A stretch of DNA of 62,903 bases, filler included, from Deltaproteobacteria bacterium (GTDB taxonomy: Bacteria; JAUYMQ01): the NCBI GenBank assembly GCA_030698575.1. It is 10 parts of 10 records of this genome, joined end to end, with 100 filler letters (N's around TTAATTAATTAA, not from the genome) between each part and the next. Parts side by side here need not be neighbours in the genome. Positions count along the whole stretch, not along the records: positions 26,694 to 37,320 come from JAUYMQ010000585.1; positions 37,421 to 42,410 come from JAUYMQ010000618.1; 8 more parts are not named here. One strand, 5' to 3'. The translations under genes were made by a program, and so were the position numbers. The notes beneath the pieces are model-generated. The model searched no databases. It saw only the letters and a program-made list of their open reading frames with translations, and had not been told where the DNA came from. Positions within the stretch are counted from its first letter, which is position 1, and the number at the start of each line of letters is the position of its first letter. This document shows, in pieces, positions 30,223 through 39,788 of the stretch.

Positions 30223-31521
30223 CTACCTGACGTAGCCCAGCGCCTTCAAGCGCTCCCGCTCCATCTCCGTGAAGCCGCCCTCACCCGCGACGGGTGTGGC
30301 GAGCGACATCGCCAGCTCAGCCGTGCGCTGCTCGTGCGCGGCGAGCACTTCGGGATGTTCGTCGGCCACGTTCCTCGTCCCGCCCGGATCGCTCTCGAGG
30401 TTGATCAGGATCTTTTCGTTCGTGAGGCGGCTCTGGAAACTCTTCCAGGACCCCTCGCTGTAAGTCCTGTATTCTGACTCGCTCACGTACAGCTCGCCGG
30501 GACGCAGATCGGTCTTCCCCTCGTCGGGTATGCCGGCAATCTCCTTCAGCATGCGAAACACGTCGTCGCCCCGGACGAGCCGCTCGGTATCGTCGAAGCG
30601 CGCCGGCCAGACGACGAGCGGCACCTGCAGGAGCTGCTCGAAGGAGGGATTGCCGTAGTGGCTCGGAGTGCCGGGTACCACCTGCCGCTCACCGAGCCGC
30701 TCGCCGTGATCGGCGGTCATCACGACCACGGCGTTCTTCAGGAGCCCCTGTTCCCCGAGGTTCGCGAGCATCTGTCCGAGGTAGAAGTCGGCGTCGGCGA
30801 CCCCCTTCTCGTAGGGGACCTCGTTGCCCAGGTAATCGTGCGCGTCCATGTAGTGCACGTAGAGGAACAAACGCTCCTTCGGCCGCCGCCCGAGTGCGTC
30901 CGTCACGGCCGCGTTGATCGCGGCGCCGTTCCTCTCCGGGGCCTGCCCGGGCAGCGTGTACTTCCCGAACTCGGCCGGCTTGCCGGGACCCACCCACTTC
31001 CCCTCGATCTCCACCCAGTCGTCGAAGCCGTGGTCGTAGCCGCGCGGGCGGTAGAGCAGCGCGTTCGAGGTAACGCCGATCGTCCAGTAGCCCGCCTCGC
31101 GCATGAGCGCCGGAAGCGTGGAGATCGAAGCGGGGAAGCAGGGCTCATCCTCGCCCTTCGCGGCGAAGCGGTACATCCCGCAGGCCGTCCTGCCGTTCCA
31201 CTCGATCGCGGCGCCGTCCTTGCCGCTCTCGAGGCTCGGCGTGCGGCCCGTGAACAGCGAGGCCATCGATACGGTCGTTTGATGGAAGGAGGAATAGGCG
31301 TTGCTGAACTTTTGCCCCTTTGCGGCGAGGGAATCGATCTCGCGGGTCAGGGTCTTTGCGCCGTAGCATGAGACGTGATCGCGCCGGAGCGTGTCGACCA
31401 CGATGAGGACGATGCGTTCGGGGGGCGCATCGGTTCCGGAGGAGCAGCCCGGCTGGGCGAGCAGGAGCGCCAGGGCGAGCAGGCGCGCGAGACAGCGCCA
31501 GGCGGCAGGCATTGTCGGCAT
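30223..31521 (-). CDS. Sulfatase-like (alkaline phosphatase superfamily) lipoprotein, copy A
   Basis: VVDTLRRDH, QTTVSMASLFTG, HYMDAH, TADHGE and RLKALGY motifs; signal peptide ending in Cys. Confidence 0.85.
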   Translation of the reverse strand: MPTMPAAWRCLARLLALALLLAQPGCSSGTDAPPERIVLIVVDTLRRDHVSCYGAKTLTREIDSLAAKGQKFSNAYSSFHQTTVSMASLFTGRTPSLESGKDGAAIEWNGRTACGMYRFAAKGEDEPCFPASISTLPALMREAGYWTIGVTSNALLYRPRGYDHGFDDWVEIEGKWVGPGKPAEFGKYTLPGQAPERNGAAINAAVTDALGRRPKERLFLYVHYMDAHDYLGNEVPYEKGVADADFYLGQMLANLGEQGLLKNAVVVMTADHGERLGERQVVPGTPSHYGNPSFEQLLQVPLVVWPARFDDTERLVRGDDVFRMLKEIAGIPDEGKTDLRPGELYVSESEYRTYSEGSWKSFQSRLTNEKILINLESDPGGTRNVADEHPEVLAAHEQRTAELAMSLATPVAGEGGFTEMERERLKALGYVR

Positions 31522-31550
31522 TCTTTCCAGCCCCGTGAAACTTCCGTGCG

Positions 31551-32855
31551 CTACTGGAGGTAGCCGAGCGCCTTCAGGCGCTCCCGGTCCTGCGGCGACA
31601 TGCCGACCTTCGACACATTCTTCGCCGCGAAGGAGGCGGCAAGCTCATCCGTCCGCTTGCGGTGGGCCTCCAGGACGTCCGGGTGCCGGTCCGCGAGGTC
31701 GGTTATTTCGCCCGGATCCGATTCGAGATCAACGAGGATCGCCTTGGGCTGCTGCCGGCTCTGGAAGCTCTTCCATCGCCCTTTCCGATAGGTCCGGAAG
31801 GTCCACTCGCTCACGTAAAGCTCCCCCGGCGCGAGGTCGCTTTTTCTGGGAGGCGGCGCGCCGGCCATCTCGATCAGCATGCGGAATACGTCATCGGTTC
31901 GAAGGATTTTCGATTCGTCGGCGAAGCGGGCCGGCGAGACGATCAGCGGAACCTGGAGAAGTTCCTCGAAGGAGGGATTTCCCCCGTGGTTTGGCATGCC
32001 CGGGACAACGTGCGTTTCGCCCAGCTTCTCGCCGTGGTCCGCCGTCACGATCACCACCGAGCCCTCCAGCAGCCCCAGCTCCTCCAGCCGCTTCATGAGA
32101 TCGCCAACCGCGGCGTCCGCTTTCGCGACGCCCTCCGCGTAGGGAATCCCAGCGAGCATGTAATCGTGCGTGTCCATGAAGTGCACATAGAGGAAGAAAC
32201 GATCGCCCGGCCGGCTCCCCAGGACGTCCGACACTTCCTCATTGACGCGTTCGCCTGTTCGCAGCGTCCAGTCCGGCGCGTCCTCGGCCAGCTCTCCTTT
32301 ACCTGAGCCCCAGTGCCCGCCGACCTCGCGCCACGCATCGAAGCCGCGCGCATACCCGGCGGGCTTGAAGAGAAGGAGGTTCGAGGTGACCCCCGCCGTC
32401 CAGTAGCCGGCGTCCCGCATCGTGCCGGCCAGCGTCGGGAGCGAACGGGGGAGACAGCGTTCACCGGGATCGGGCTTGAAGAAGCGGGCGAGCCCGCACC
32501 AGGTGTCCCGATTCCAGAGGATGGCCTTCATCCCGTCGGTGCTATCGAGGCTGGGCGTGTGGCCGGTGAAGAGGGCGGACATGGAAGGCGTGGTCCAGTG
32601 GAAGGCCGAGTAAGCGTTGCTGAAGATCTGCCCGCGGCCGGCCAGGGCGTCGAGGTTCGGCGTCGGCGCCTTCCCGCCGTAGCAGGAGAGGTGGTCGCGG
32701 CGCAGGGTGTCGATCAGGATCAGGATGATCCGTTCGGGCGGTGCCGCGCTTTCGGACGAGCAGGCGGGGAGGATCAGCATGAGCGCGGCGACGAACGCCG
32801 CGACGAATCCCGCCGTGCCCCCCCACAACGCCAAGCCTCTCCGATGGTTTTGCAT
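31551..32855 (-). CDS. Sulfatase-like lipoprotein, copy B (tandem paralog)
   Basis: IDTLRRDH, WTTPSMSALFTG, HFMDTH, TADHGE and RLKALGY motifs. Confidence 0.85.
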   Translation of the reverse strand: MQNHRRGLALWGGTAGFVAAFVAALMLILPACSSESAAPPERIILILIDTLRRDHLSCYGGKAPTPNLDALAGRGQIFSNAYSAFHWTTPSMSALFTGHTPSLDSTDGMKAILWNRDTWCGLARFFKPDPGERCLPRSLPTLAGTMRDAGYWTAGVTSNLLLFKPAGYARGFDAWREVGGHWGSGKGELAEDAPDWTLRTGERVNEEVSDVLGSRPGDRFFLYVHFMDTHDYMLAGIPYAEGVAKADAAVGDLMKRLEELGLLEGSVVIVTADHGEKLGETHVVPGMPNHGGNPSFEELLQVPLIVSPARFADESKILRTDDVFRMLIEMAGAPPPRKSDLAPGELYVSEWTFRTYRKGRWKSFQSRQQPKAILVDLESDPGEITDLADRHPDVLEAHRKRTDELAASFAAKNVSKVGMSPQDRERLKALGYLQ

Positions 32856-33092
32856 CCTGTCTATCCCTCCGCCGGACCGTTCAGGCGCGCCTTGTGCGGG
32901 CGCTGCCCGAGATCAGCCGCCGCCGCCGCGCATGGGCGAACCAAGCTACACGAGGTTCTCCGTGAAAGTCCAGACGCGCCGATTGACGGCCGCGCGATGC
33001 ACGGGCTAACTTTCCATTCGCGCGTTTCAGTCTTCGGGCCCCGGCCTCCGCTGGAGGGCGCCGGGACCCCGCTTCGACGATTGTGAGATCCC

Positions 33093-34178
33093 ATGTCCGG
33101 ACACGATCAGCAGATGGACGAGCGCGAGTACTTTCTCCGGAAGGGACTCGAGACGGCGCTGTTCTACCTGACCGAGATGGAGCTGTCGCAGGAGCACATC
33201 TCACCCGAGTCGTTCTCCTTCATCCGCGACAGGTTCGATCGCGAGCACAGCGAGGCCATCGAGGGGCGGCTCAGGGATCTCGGGCGCGCGGGGCCGCTGC
33301 CCGGCGCTGAGGATCTCCACGCAGTCACGGTCGAGGTGCTGAAGCTGCTCGAGGCGTCCTGCGAGGCCTTCTGCGGCTCTCCCGGCCGCCCGAACCCGGG
33401 GCTCATTCTCGAGAGTTTTCGCTGCGCCAACGAGGCGCTGAATCATCTTTACCCGCTGCGAAAGCGCCTGCCCGGCGTCGCATATTTCTTCATCGCGCCC
33501 GAGAAGCACCCGCAGCGGCTGGCGCTCGATCCGGATCTTTCCGATGGGCAGGAAGGCGTCACGCGAGGGGTCATCCACGAGGAGGCCGCGGCGGCGCGCG
33601 GCGCGCGCACGCTCTACGTGCCGGAGTACTACGACAGCTCGCGGGAATGGCCGCTCATCGTGGCCCTTCACGGCGGAAGCGGGAGCGGGCGGCACTTCGT
33701 CTGGACCTGGCTCCGGGAAGCGAAGAGCCGGGGCTATCTGCTGGCGGCGCCCTCGTCGATCGGCGGCACCTGGTCGCCCGACGACGACGCAGGAGTGACG
33801 GGTCTCGTCGCGGAGATGGCGTCGCGATACAAGGTCGACCGCCGGCGTGTGCTGCTCACCGGGATGAGCGACGGCGCGACCTTCAGCTTCATCTTCGGCC
33901 TGGCCCACCCCGAGGTTTTCACGGCCCTGGTGCCGCTCTGTGGCGTGCTCCACCCTGCGGTGCTGACGCAGGGCTACCTCGAGCACGGCAAGAACCTCCC
34001 CATCTACCTCGCGCACGGCGTGAAGGACTGGCTCTTCCCGATCGATACGGCGCGCATGGCGGCGAAGGTGCTCGAGGAACGCAAGATCGATCACGTCTGG
34101 CGCGAACTGCCCGATCTGAGCCACGCCTATCCGCGCAGCGAGAACGACCGCATCCTCGACTGGCTCGAGTCGAAATAA
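33093..34178 (+). CDS. Alpha/beta hydrolase (phospholipase/carboxylesterase-like) with N-terminal helical extension
   Basis: PLIVALHGG, GMSDG nucleophile elbow, HGVKDWLF and LSHAY motifs. Confidence 0.85.
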   Translation: MSGHDQQMDEREYFLRKGLETALFYLTEMELSQEHISPESFSFIRDRFDREHSEAIEGRLRDLGRAGPLPGAEDLHAVTVEVLKLLEASCEAFCGSPGRPNPGLILESFRCANEALNHLYPLRKRLPGVAYFFIAPEKHPQRLALDPDLSDGQEGVTRGVIHEEAAAARGARTLYVPEYYDSSREWPLIVALHGGSGSGRHFVWTWLREAKSRGYLLAAPSSIGGTWSPDDDAGVTGLVAEMASRYKVDRRRVLLTGMSDGATFSFIFGLAHPEVFTALVPLCGVLHPAVLTQGYLEHGKNLPIYLAHGVKDWLFPIDTARMAAKVLEERKIDHVWRELPDLSHAYPRSENDRILDWLESK

Positions 34179-34304
34179 GTGGGACAGTCCCTCTTATAAG
34201 AGGGACTGTCCCACTTATTTCTTACCGGGACAGTCCCCCTTTTCCCCTTTGGAAATCACCTGTTCGATTGCGGAGAAAAGGGGAGAAAAGGGGGACAGTC
34301 CCGG
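34172..34304. repeat. GGGACAGTCCC-type palindromic repeat cluster, locus 1
   Basis: Perfect 50-bp palindrome at 34172-34221 plus a second inverted pair at 34225-34244/34285-34304. Confidence 0.9.
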
Positions 34305-35387
34305 TTACCAGGCGATGCGCTGGCCGGGGTCGAGGATGCGGAAGCGGTCGTGGGGGATGTTGCGCTTCTTCATGGCGAGGTGGAGCGCGAAGGGCGGCTC
34401 CTTGGCAGGCTCGTCGGTGAGTCTGAAAGTATTCCAGTGCATGCCGATCGACAGCCGTGACTGCACATCCTCGTGTATCCGGACCGCCTCCTCCGGATTC
34501 ACGTGCATGTTCCGCATGAACCAGCGGGGGTTGTATGCGCCGATGGGGATGAGCGCCAGGTCCATCGCGCCCAGTTGGCGCGACGTCTCGCGGAAATCGT
34601 GCTTGTTGTATCCCGTGTCGCCCGCGAAGTAGAATTGCCGCTCGCCGATCCGCACCACCCAGCCTGTCCACAACGTGACGTTGCGGTCGAAGGGCGTGCG
34701 CCCCGAGAAGTGCTGCACCGGGACGGAGGTGAACCGCAGCGGAGGCCCGTCCGTGCTCGCGACGTCGCGCGCTGCCCACCAGTCAAGCTCGACGAGGTTC
34801 GTGATCCCCTGCTCGTTGAACCATTCAGCCAGCCCGAGCGGCACCCACCAGGTGGGGCCGTTGCCGATCGCCGCAACCGTGTCGCGGTCGAGGTGGTCGT
34901 AGTGGCTGTGGCTGATCACCACGTGATCGATGCGGGGGAGATCCTCGAAGCGCACGCCCGGCGGGTGGCGCCGGCGCGGCCCGGCCCACTGGATGGGGCT
35001 GCAGCGCTCGCTCCAGATCGGATCAGTGAGAACGTTCACCCCATCGGCGCTCACGATGAACGTCGAGTGGTTCACCCAGGCGACGGTGGGACCGGGGTTG
35101 TGCGCCATCTCTCCGGCGTTCGGAAAGGCGAAGCCTCGCGGGATGGACAGGATCGGATCCTTCTCCCCCAGGCCGAACTGCCACTTGAAGAACCGGCTGG
35201 CCCTGTCGCGGGTGGTCAGGTGAGGATTGTGAAAGCGCCCGTCGCCCCCGTGGTGGGGTTTCTCGGGGTCCCGGGGCCGCGACGAGCGGCTCTCGGAAGC
35301 GAGACCCAGAAGACCGAGCATACCGAACACGATCACTCCTGCGATGAAGCGGCGCCAACAAGGGCCTTGCATTAAGTTAACGCCCAA
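34305..35387 (-). CDS. MBL-fold metallo-hydrolase (NAPE-PLD/RomA-like)
   Basis: LTDPIWSERCSP, SHSHYDHLD, QHFSGR, FAGDTGY and PIGAY motifs. Confidence 0.9.
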   Translation of the reverse strand: MGVNLMQGPCWRRFIAGVIVFGMLGLLGLASESRSSRPRDPEKPHHGGDGRFHNPHLTTRDRASRFFKWQFGLGEKDPILSIPRGFAFPNAGEMAHNPGPTVAWVNHSTFIVSADGVNVLTDPIWSERCSPIQWAGPRRRHPPGVRFEDLPRIDHVVISHSHYDHLDRDTVAAIGNGPTWWVPLGLAEWFNEQGITNLVELDWWAARDVASTDGPPLRFTSVPVQHFSGRTPFDRNVTLWTGWVVRIGERQFYFAGDTGYNKHDFRETSRQLGAMDLALIPIGAYNPRWFMRNMHVNPEEAVRIHEDVQSRLSIGMHWNTFRLTDEPAKEPPFALHLAMKKRNIPHDRFRILDPGQRIAW

Positions 35388-35443
35388 AGTACGACACTCG
35401 AAGTACGCGGCTCGAGATACGACCGCGAAGGGAGAATCAGCGA

Positions 35444-36712
35444 ATGAGGGATCATAGCCCGGTCCGGCTGGCCGTCAATGCGGCCCTGCTTCTGGCGCTG
35501 GCGGCGTTTCCAGCCTGCGCGCGGAGCGTGCGCCCCGCGCCCTGGGTGCTCCAGTCCTCCGGCTGGTCGCTCCCGGAGTCGCTCCGCACCTACGATCCGC
35601 CCTGCAGCGCCGACGGCTTCACCCCGCGCTGGGAGCTCCTCGCGGCGGGCGAGCGCTACGGGAACGGCGACTTTGCGTTCCTCGGAACCGGCGACGGAAC
35701 GCTAGATCTCGCGCCACGCGGTTTTCATCCACGCGCCTCCATCTACGGGGTCGGCGCCATGCCGGGCGGGCAGCGCCTCACCGGCGTGACGACACCGCTC
35801 GGCGCGGAGGCCGCCGCGGGAGGTGAATCGATCACCTTCGTCCGCCTGTACATCCGCGGGGGCGGCACCATCGATGCGCAGTGGGTGCTTCGCGACGGGA
35901 CGGAGGCGGCTGGAATCGATCTGCTCGGAAAGCCCTTCCGCGTGCCCGACGACACCATCCCCCTGGCCCAGGGACGGCAGGCCGTCGCCGGCGTGGGGGC
36001 CGGCCGCGTGGGCCTTCATCTGGAGGACAAGCTCGGCGCGTCGCGCATCGATTACGGGCTCAACGCGCGCGTGAAAAGCGACAAGAAGGCGGCTGAGGCG
36101 TTGCTCGAACACGGAGTCCTGCGAATTCCGGTGGAGGATCTCCGCACGGTGGACCTTCGAGGCCGCCCGCTGTTCGGCATCCCGACGATGTTCGGCCGGT
36201 TGCTTCACGGCGCGCCAATCAAACATGCCTTCACCATGCCTGCCGCACTCCTCGTCTCGCTGAGGGCCATCCTGCTCGCTCCCGTTTCGCGGCCCATCGC
36301 CGGCGCGCGCGCCGTGGGCGGCGGCGACTACGGCGCACCCGTCATCGGCGAGTCGGGCTACGACGACGGGATACTCTCGGTCATGCTGCGGCCCCCGGTA
36401 CGGAGCGAAGTGCTTCACGTGCTGCCGGCCGGCAGTGTCCGGCTCGAGTGGTTCGGCGACGGGCACGATAGGGTCGCGGAGAGCGTCGCCGGGAACGGCA
36501 CGCCGCTCACGGGCCCGTCGCTCCTCGACCCCGGCGAGGGGGGGCGTTTCTACTTTAAAAACAGTGACCTCCCGTCGAGCTTCCGGCTCGTCATCGATGA
36601 GCTGCGGACTCTCGACGGAACAGCGGGCGGACCCTGGGTGTATAACATGGAGCGGCGGAAGCGAATTCGCTGGAACCCCGTCTCGGTTTGGCGGGGATGG
36701 CGGTGTGACTAG
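35444..36712 (+). CDS. Hypothetical lipoprotein
   Basis: 422-aa ORF with RBS (GGGAG) and signal peptide ending FPAC; no recognised motif. Confidence 0.65.
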   Translation: MRDHSPVRLAVNAALLLALAAFPACARSVRPAPWVLQSSGWSLPESLRTYDPPCSADGFTPRWELLAAGERYGNGDFAFLGTGDGTLDLAPRGFHPRASIYGVGAMPGGQRLTGVTTPLGAEAAAGGESITFVRLYIRGGGTIDAQWVLRDGTEAAGIDLLGKPFRVPDDTIPLAQGRQAVAGVGAGRVGLHLEDKLGASRIDYGLNARVKSDKKAAEALLEHGVLRIPVEDLRTVDLRGRPLFGIPTMFGRLLHGAPIKHAFTMPAALLVSLRAILLAPVSRPIAGARAVGGGDYGAPVIGESGYDDGILSVMLRPPVRSEVLHVLPAGSVRLEWFGDGHDRVAESVAGNGTPLTGPSLLDPGEGGRFYFKNSDLPSSFRLVIDELRTLDGTAGGPWVYNMERRKRIRWNPVSVWRGWRCD

Positions 36713-36726
36713 GGGAGGAGATCAGA

Positions 36727-37191
36727 ATGGGCGGTAAGCGCGATCAGATCCGCATGACCGACGAGGAGATCCGGGACTTCCTCGAGCAGTCCAAGACCAT
36801 GATCATTATCTCGAACGGCAAGGACGGCTACCCCCACGCCATGCCGATGTGGTTTGTCATGCGCGACGGGTGCGCGTTGCTTTCGACTTTTGCCAAGTCG
36901 CAGAAAGTCCTGAACGTCCGCCGTGATCCGCGGGTGACTGCGCTGGCGGAATCGGGCGTCGAGTACGACAAGCTCAAGGGGATCATGATCCGGGGCAAGG
37001 CCGAGATCGTCGAGGACCGATCGTTCGTCGAGGACGTGCAGCTTGCCTTCGCCCACAAGTACGTCGGCGGCCCCTTTCCCGGCGGGGCGGAGGAAATTAT
37101 CCGGGCCCGCGCGAACAAGCGCGTTGTCGTCCGGATCATTCCCGAGAAGGTAATCAGCTGGGATCACTCACGGCTCGGCGGCGGTTACTAG
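36727..37191 (+). CDS. Pyridoxamine 5'-phosphate oxidase-fold protein (PPOX class, possibly F420-dependent)
   Basis: DGYPHAMPMWF, SQKVLNVRRDPRVT and ISWDH motifs. Confidence 0.85.
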   Translation: MGGKRDQIRMTDEEIRDFLEQSKTMIIISNGKDGYPHAMPMWFVMRDGCALLSTFAKSQKVLNVRRDPRVTALAESGVEYDKLKGIMIRGKAEIVEDRSFVEDVQLAFAHKYVGGPFPGGAEEIIRARANKRVVVRIIPEKVISWDHSRLGGGY

Positions 37192-37421
37192 AGCCCATCT
37201 CACAAACCCTCCACTCGCCATGCGCGCGTCCTCGGCCCTCGGGCTGCGTTCCGCTCCTTGCGGCGTAACTAGAGATACGCCTCAGTCGCGCGCCTTGCCC
37301 GAGCACCGAATCCGCACACCNNNNNNNNNNNNNNNNNNNNNNNNNNNNNNNNNNNNNNNNNNNNTTAATTAATTAANNNNNNNNNNNNNNNNNNNNNNNN
37401 NNNNNNNNNNNNNNNNNNNNG

Positions 37422-38102
37422 GCGCTGACGGCCGTTTCGCCAAGCCTCCCCGAAGCCGACCGCCTGCGCGCCGAGCAGCTCGCCCGGGCGATGGGGGTGC
37501 GCCAGATAGTCGTTGAAAGCCGCGAACTGGACGATCCGAGCTACGCCGCCAACCCCACCAACCGCTGCTACTTCTGCAAGAACGAGCTCTACCGGCTCTG
37601 CCAGGCGCAGGCCGAGGCCCTCGGCGTGCCTGCGATCCTCGACGGCACCAACGTCGATGACCTCGCCGATCACCGCCCCGGGCGTCAGGCGGCGGCCGAG
37701 CGGGGTGTGCGGAGCCCGCTCGTCGAGGCGGGGCTCACGAAGGCCGACATCCGCGCGCTCTCCCGCGACATGGGGCTCGAGACCTGGGACCAGCCCAGCT
37801 CGCCGTGCCTCTCCTCGCGCATCGCCTACGGCACGCCCGTGACCCCCGCGGCGCTCGCGCGCATCGAGGCCTGCGAGAAGATTTTGCGGGAGAAGGGGTT
37901 CCGCGAAGTGCGGGTGAGGCACCACGACACGCTTGCGAGAATCGAAGTGGGGCGCGGCGAGATCGAGCGGCTGCTCGACGCCCAGCTCCGCGACGAGATC
38001 GTCCGGCGCTTCAAGGAGGCGGGCTACGTCTACGTGACGATCGATCTGGCCGGGTTCAGAAGCGGCAGCGGGAACGAAACCCTGGGGCCAGGCGGGATGT
38101 AG
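37422..38102 (+). CDS. larE: ATP-dependent sulfur transferase LarE family, 5' truncated
   Basis: NRCYFCK, DGTNVDD, HRPG, PSSPCLSSRI and RVRHH motifs. Confidence 0.92.
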   Translation, partial: ALTAVSPSLPEADRLRAEQLARAMGVRQIVVESRELDDPSYAANPTNRCYFCKNELYRLCQAQAEALGVPAILDGTNVDDLADHRPGRQAAAERGVRSPLVEAGLTKADIRALSRDMGLETWDQPSSPCLSSRIAYGTPVTPAALARIEACEKILREKGFREVRVRHHDTLARIEVGRGEIERLLDAQLRDEIVRRFKEAGYVYVTIDLAGFRSGSGNETLGPGGM

Positions 38103-38118
38103 TGGGCGTTGCCCCGCA

Positions 38119-38280
38119 TGTCATTGCGAGGAGCGCAGCGACGAAGCAATCTCCCGGCGAGCGCATGGGGGATTGCGTCGTCAGGCCTGCGGCCCTCCTC
38201 GCAATGACATGCGCATTGTGTCATTGCGAGAAGCGAAGCGACGAAGCAATCTCCCGGCAAGCGCGGAGGGGATTGCCGCG
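38119..38280. repeat. GTCATTGCGAG-type REP-like cluster, locus 2
   Basis: Inverted pair at 38119-38209, a further arm at 38219-38252 and a partial arm; lies between convergent genes. Confidence 0.88.
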
Positions 38281-38283
38281 GTG

Positions 38284-38946
38284 CTAGAGAGCCCGGGCGG
38301 CGTCGACGCAGCGCTGGGGGAGGGGGTCGTAGGAGTAGGTGCCGAAGGGGATGATCACGAAACCGGTCACGAGGCCGGGCCCCGGGCCGAACTTGATGTA
38401 AACGTCGTCCTTGTCGATGTAAGTGCCGAGCCGCATCCGGATTTCCTTCGTCTTCCCCTCGTCGGATACGAGAAACATCTGCTCGTCGCCCGGGCGCAGA
38501 AGGTGGGGCAGCGCCAGCGGGTAAGCCTTCCCTTCCTGGCAAACTACCGCGCGCACCGGAATCCCCTTGTGGGCAAAGGTGCGGACCCAAACCTCCAGCG
38601 CGGAGTCGTTGTGCACCTTCACCATGTGCACGCCCTCGCGCGACTCGGCCGTCACGACGGGGCCGTAGACGAAGGTCTTCGTGGCGCTACGGGAGATCGG
38701 GGGAGTGATCCAGTACGGCACGCGCCCCTTCACCATCGAGCGGCTGTCCTCCGGCACTCCCTCAATCCAGGCCTGGCTGGGCCCGGAGCGCATCATGGGG
38801 AGCGCGATGCAGCCTGTCACGAGGGCGAGGGAGATAATAGCTAGGCCCTGAAATAGAATGGGGATGTGGAGTAAAGCTGAACGGCGGATCGATGATCCGT
38901 TCTTCTGGCGCTGTCGATGATTAGTAAACGAAGTGGATGCGATCAC
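38284..38946 (-). CDS. Hypothetical lipoprotein (start uncertain)
   Basis: Hydrophobic stretch ending LVTGC followed by a globular-looking region; fills the gap downstream of the thioesterase. Confidence 0.55.
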   Translation of the reverse strand: MIASTSFTNHRQRQKNGSSIRRSALLHIPILFQGLAIISLALVTGCIALPMMRSGPSQAWIEGVPEDSRSMVKGRVPYWITPPISRSATKTFVYGPVVTAESREGVHMVKVHNDSALEVWVRTFAHKGIPVRAVVCQEGKAYPLALPHLLRPGDEQMFLVSDEGKTKEIRMRLGTYIDKDDVYIKFGPGPGLVTGFVIIPFGTYSYDPLPQRCVDAARAL

Positions 38947-39388
38947 AGTCTTCGTATTCGAGATAGGATTCAACGAGCTTCGCCTGATCCGGGGGGAGCG
39001 GCATGAACTTTCCGGTGCCGCGCACGAGCACTTCACCGGTGCTTGTCAGTATTTCGCCCGAGGCCTCGATGATTCGTCGCCGGTCCCGCTCCATGCGGGC
39101 GACGACTTCGACCTTCTCGCCCGCCCGCGTGGGCCGGACGAAGCGGATGGTCAGCTCGGCCGCGTGGCACATGCGCCGGGTGGTGTAGGCCGCCGCCCAG
39201 CCCATCGCCTCGTCGAGAACGGCGGTCAGGATTCCGCCGTGCACGATGTCCTTGAAGCCGCAGAACTCCTCGTTGAACGGCACCTCGCTGCGAATCTCCG
39301 AGCCGTCCACGCGAAAGCGGATGTTCAGGCCGCGGTGGTTTTCGCTGCCGCAGACGATGCACTTCAGGTAGGTCGGCAGGTTTGGCAC
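38921..39388 (-). CDS. PaaI-family thioesterase
   Basis: CIVCGSEN and GFKDIVHGGILTAVLDEAMG motifs. Confidence 0.9.
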   Translation of the reverse strand: MPNLPTYLKCIVCGSENHRGLNIRFRVDGSEIRSEVPFNEEFCGFKDIVHGGILTAVLDEAMGWAAAYTTRRMCHAAELTIRFVRPTRAGEKVEVVARMERDRRRIIEASGEILTSTGEVLVRGTGKFMPLPPDQAKLVESYLEYEDCDRIHFVY

Positions 39389-39428
39389 GAACGATGCCCC
39401 CTCCGGTTTTGGCTCCGTCGACGGCCCG

Positions 39429-39616
39429 CCCGCGTGTCATTGCGAGGAGGGCCGCCCCGCATGTCATTGCGATGAGGACCGCCCCGCATGTCATTGCGAG
39501 GAGCGGAGCGACGAAGCAATCCCCCCCGCGCTTGGCACCCTCCCCGGCGGCAGAGCGGCCGATTGCCTGGGGATTGCTTCGTCGGGCCTTCGGCCCTCCT
39601 CGCAATGACACGCGGG
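39429..39616. repeat. GTCATTGCGAG-type REP-like cluster, locus 3
   Basis: 26-bp perfect terminal inverted repeats (39429-39454/39591-39616), two tandem 27-bp truncated units and one full arm. Confidence 0.9.
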
Positions 39617-39788
39617 GGCGCCGCGACGGCATGCCCGGGGCCCCGCGGTGATATGCGAGAAGCCCGCCATCCCGCTCCGTCGGCGGCGAAGGATAGCACA
39701 GCCGGAACCGCCGGGGTAAGATGAAAATCCCCGCTGGCCCGGGACGCGCAGCAGCCTCTGACCCGTAACCACCGCTACGGAGATCGCC

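Noticed and set aside
37422-38102. A nickel-pincer (lar) cofactor cluster
   Set aside because: Only larE is visible, at a contig edge; no larA/B/C in the window
39435-39520. Three 27-bp-spaced repeats resembling a CRISPR array
   Set aside because: No unique spacers and no cas genes; the units are truncated copies of the dispersed palindromic repeat
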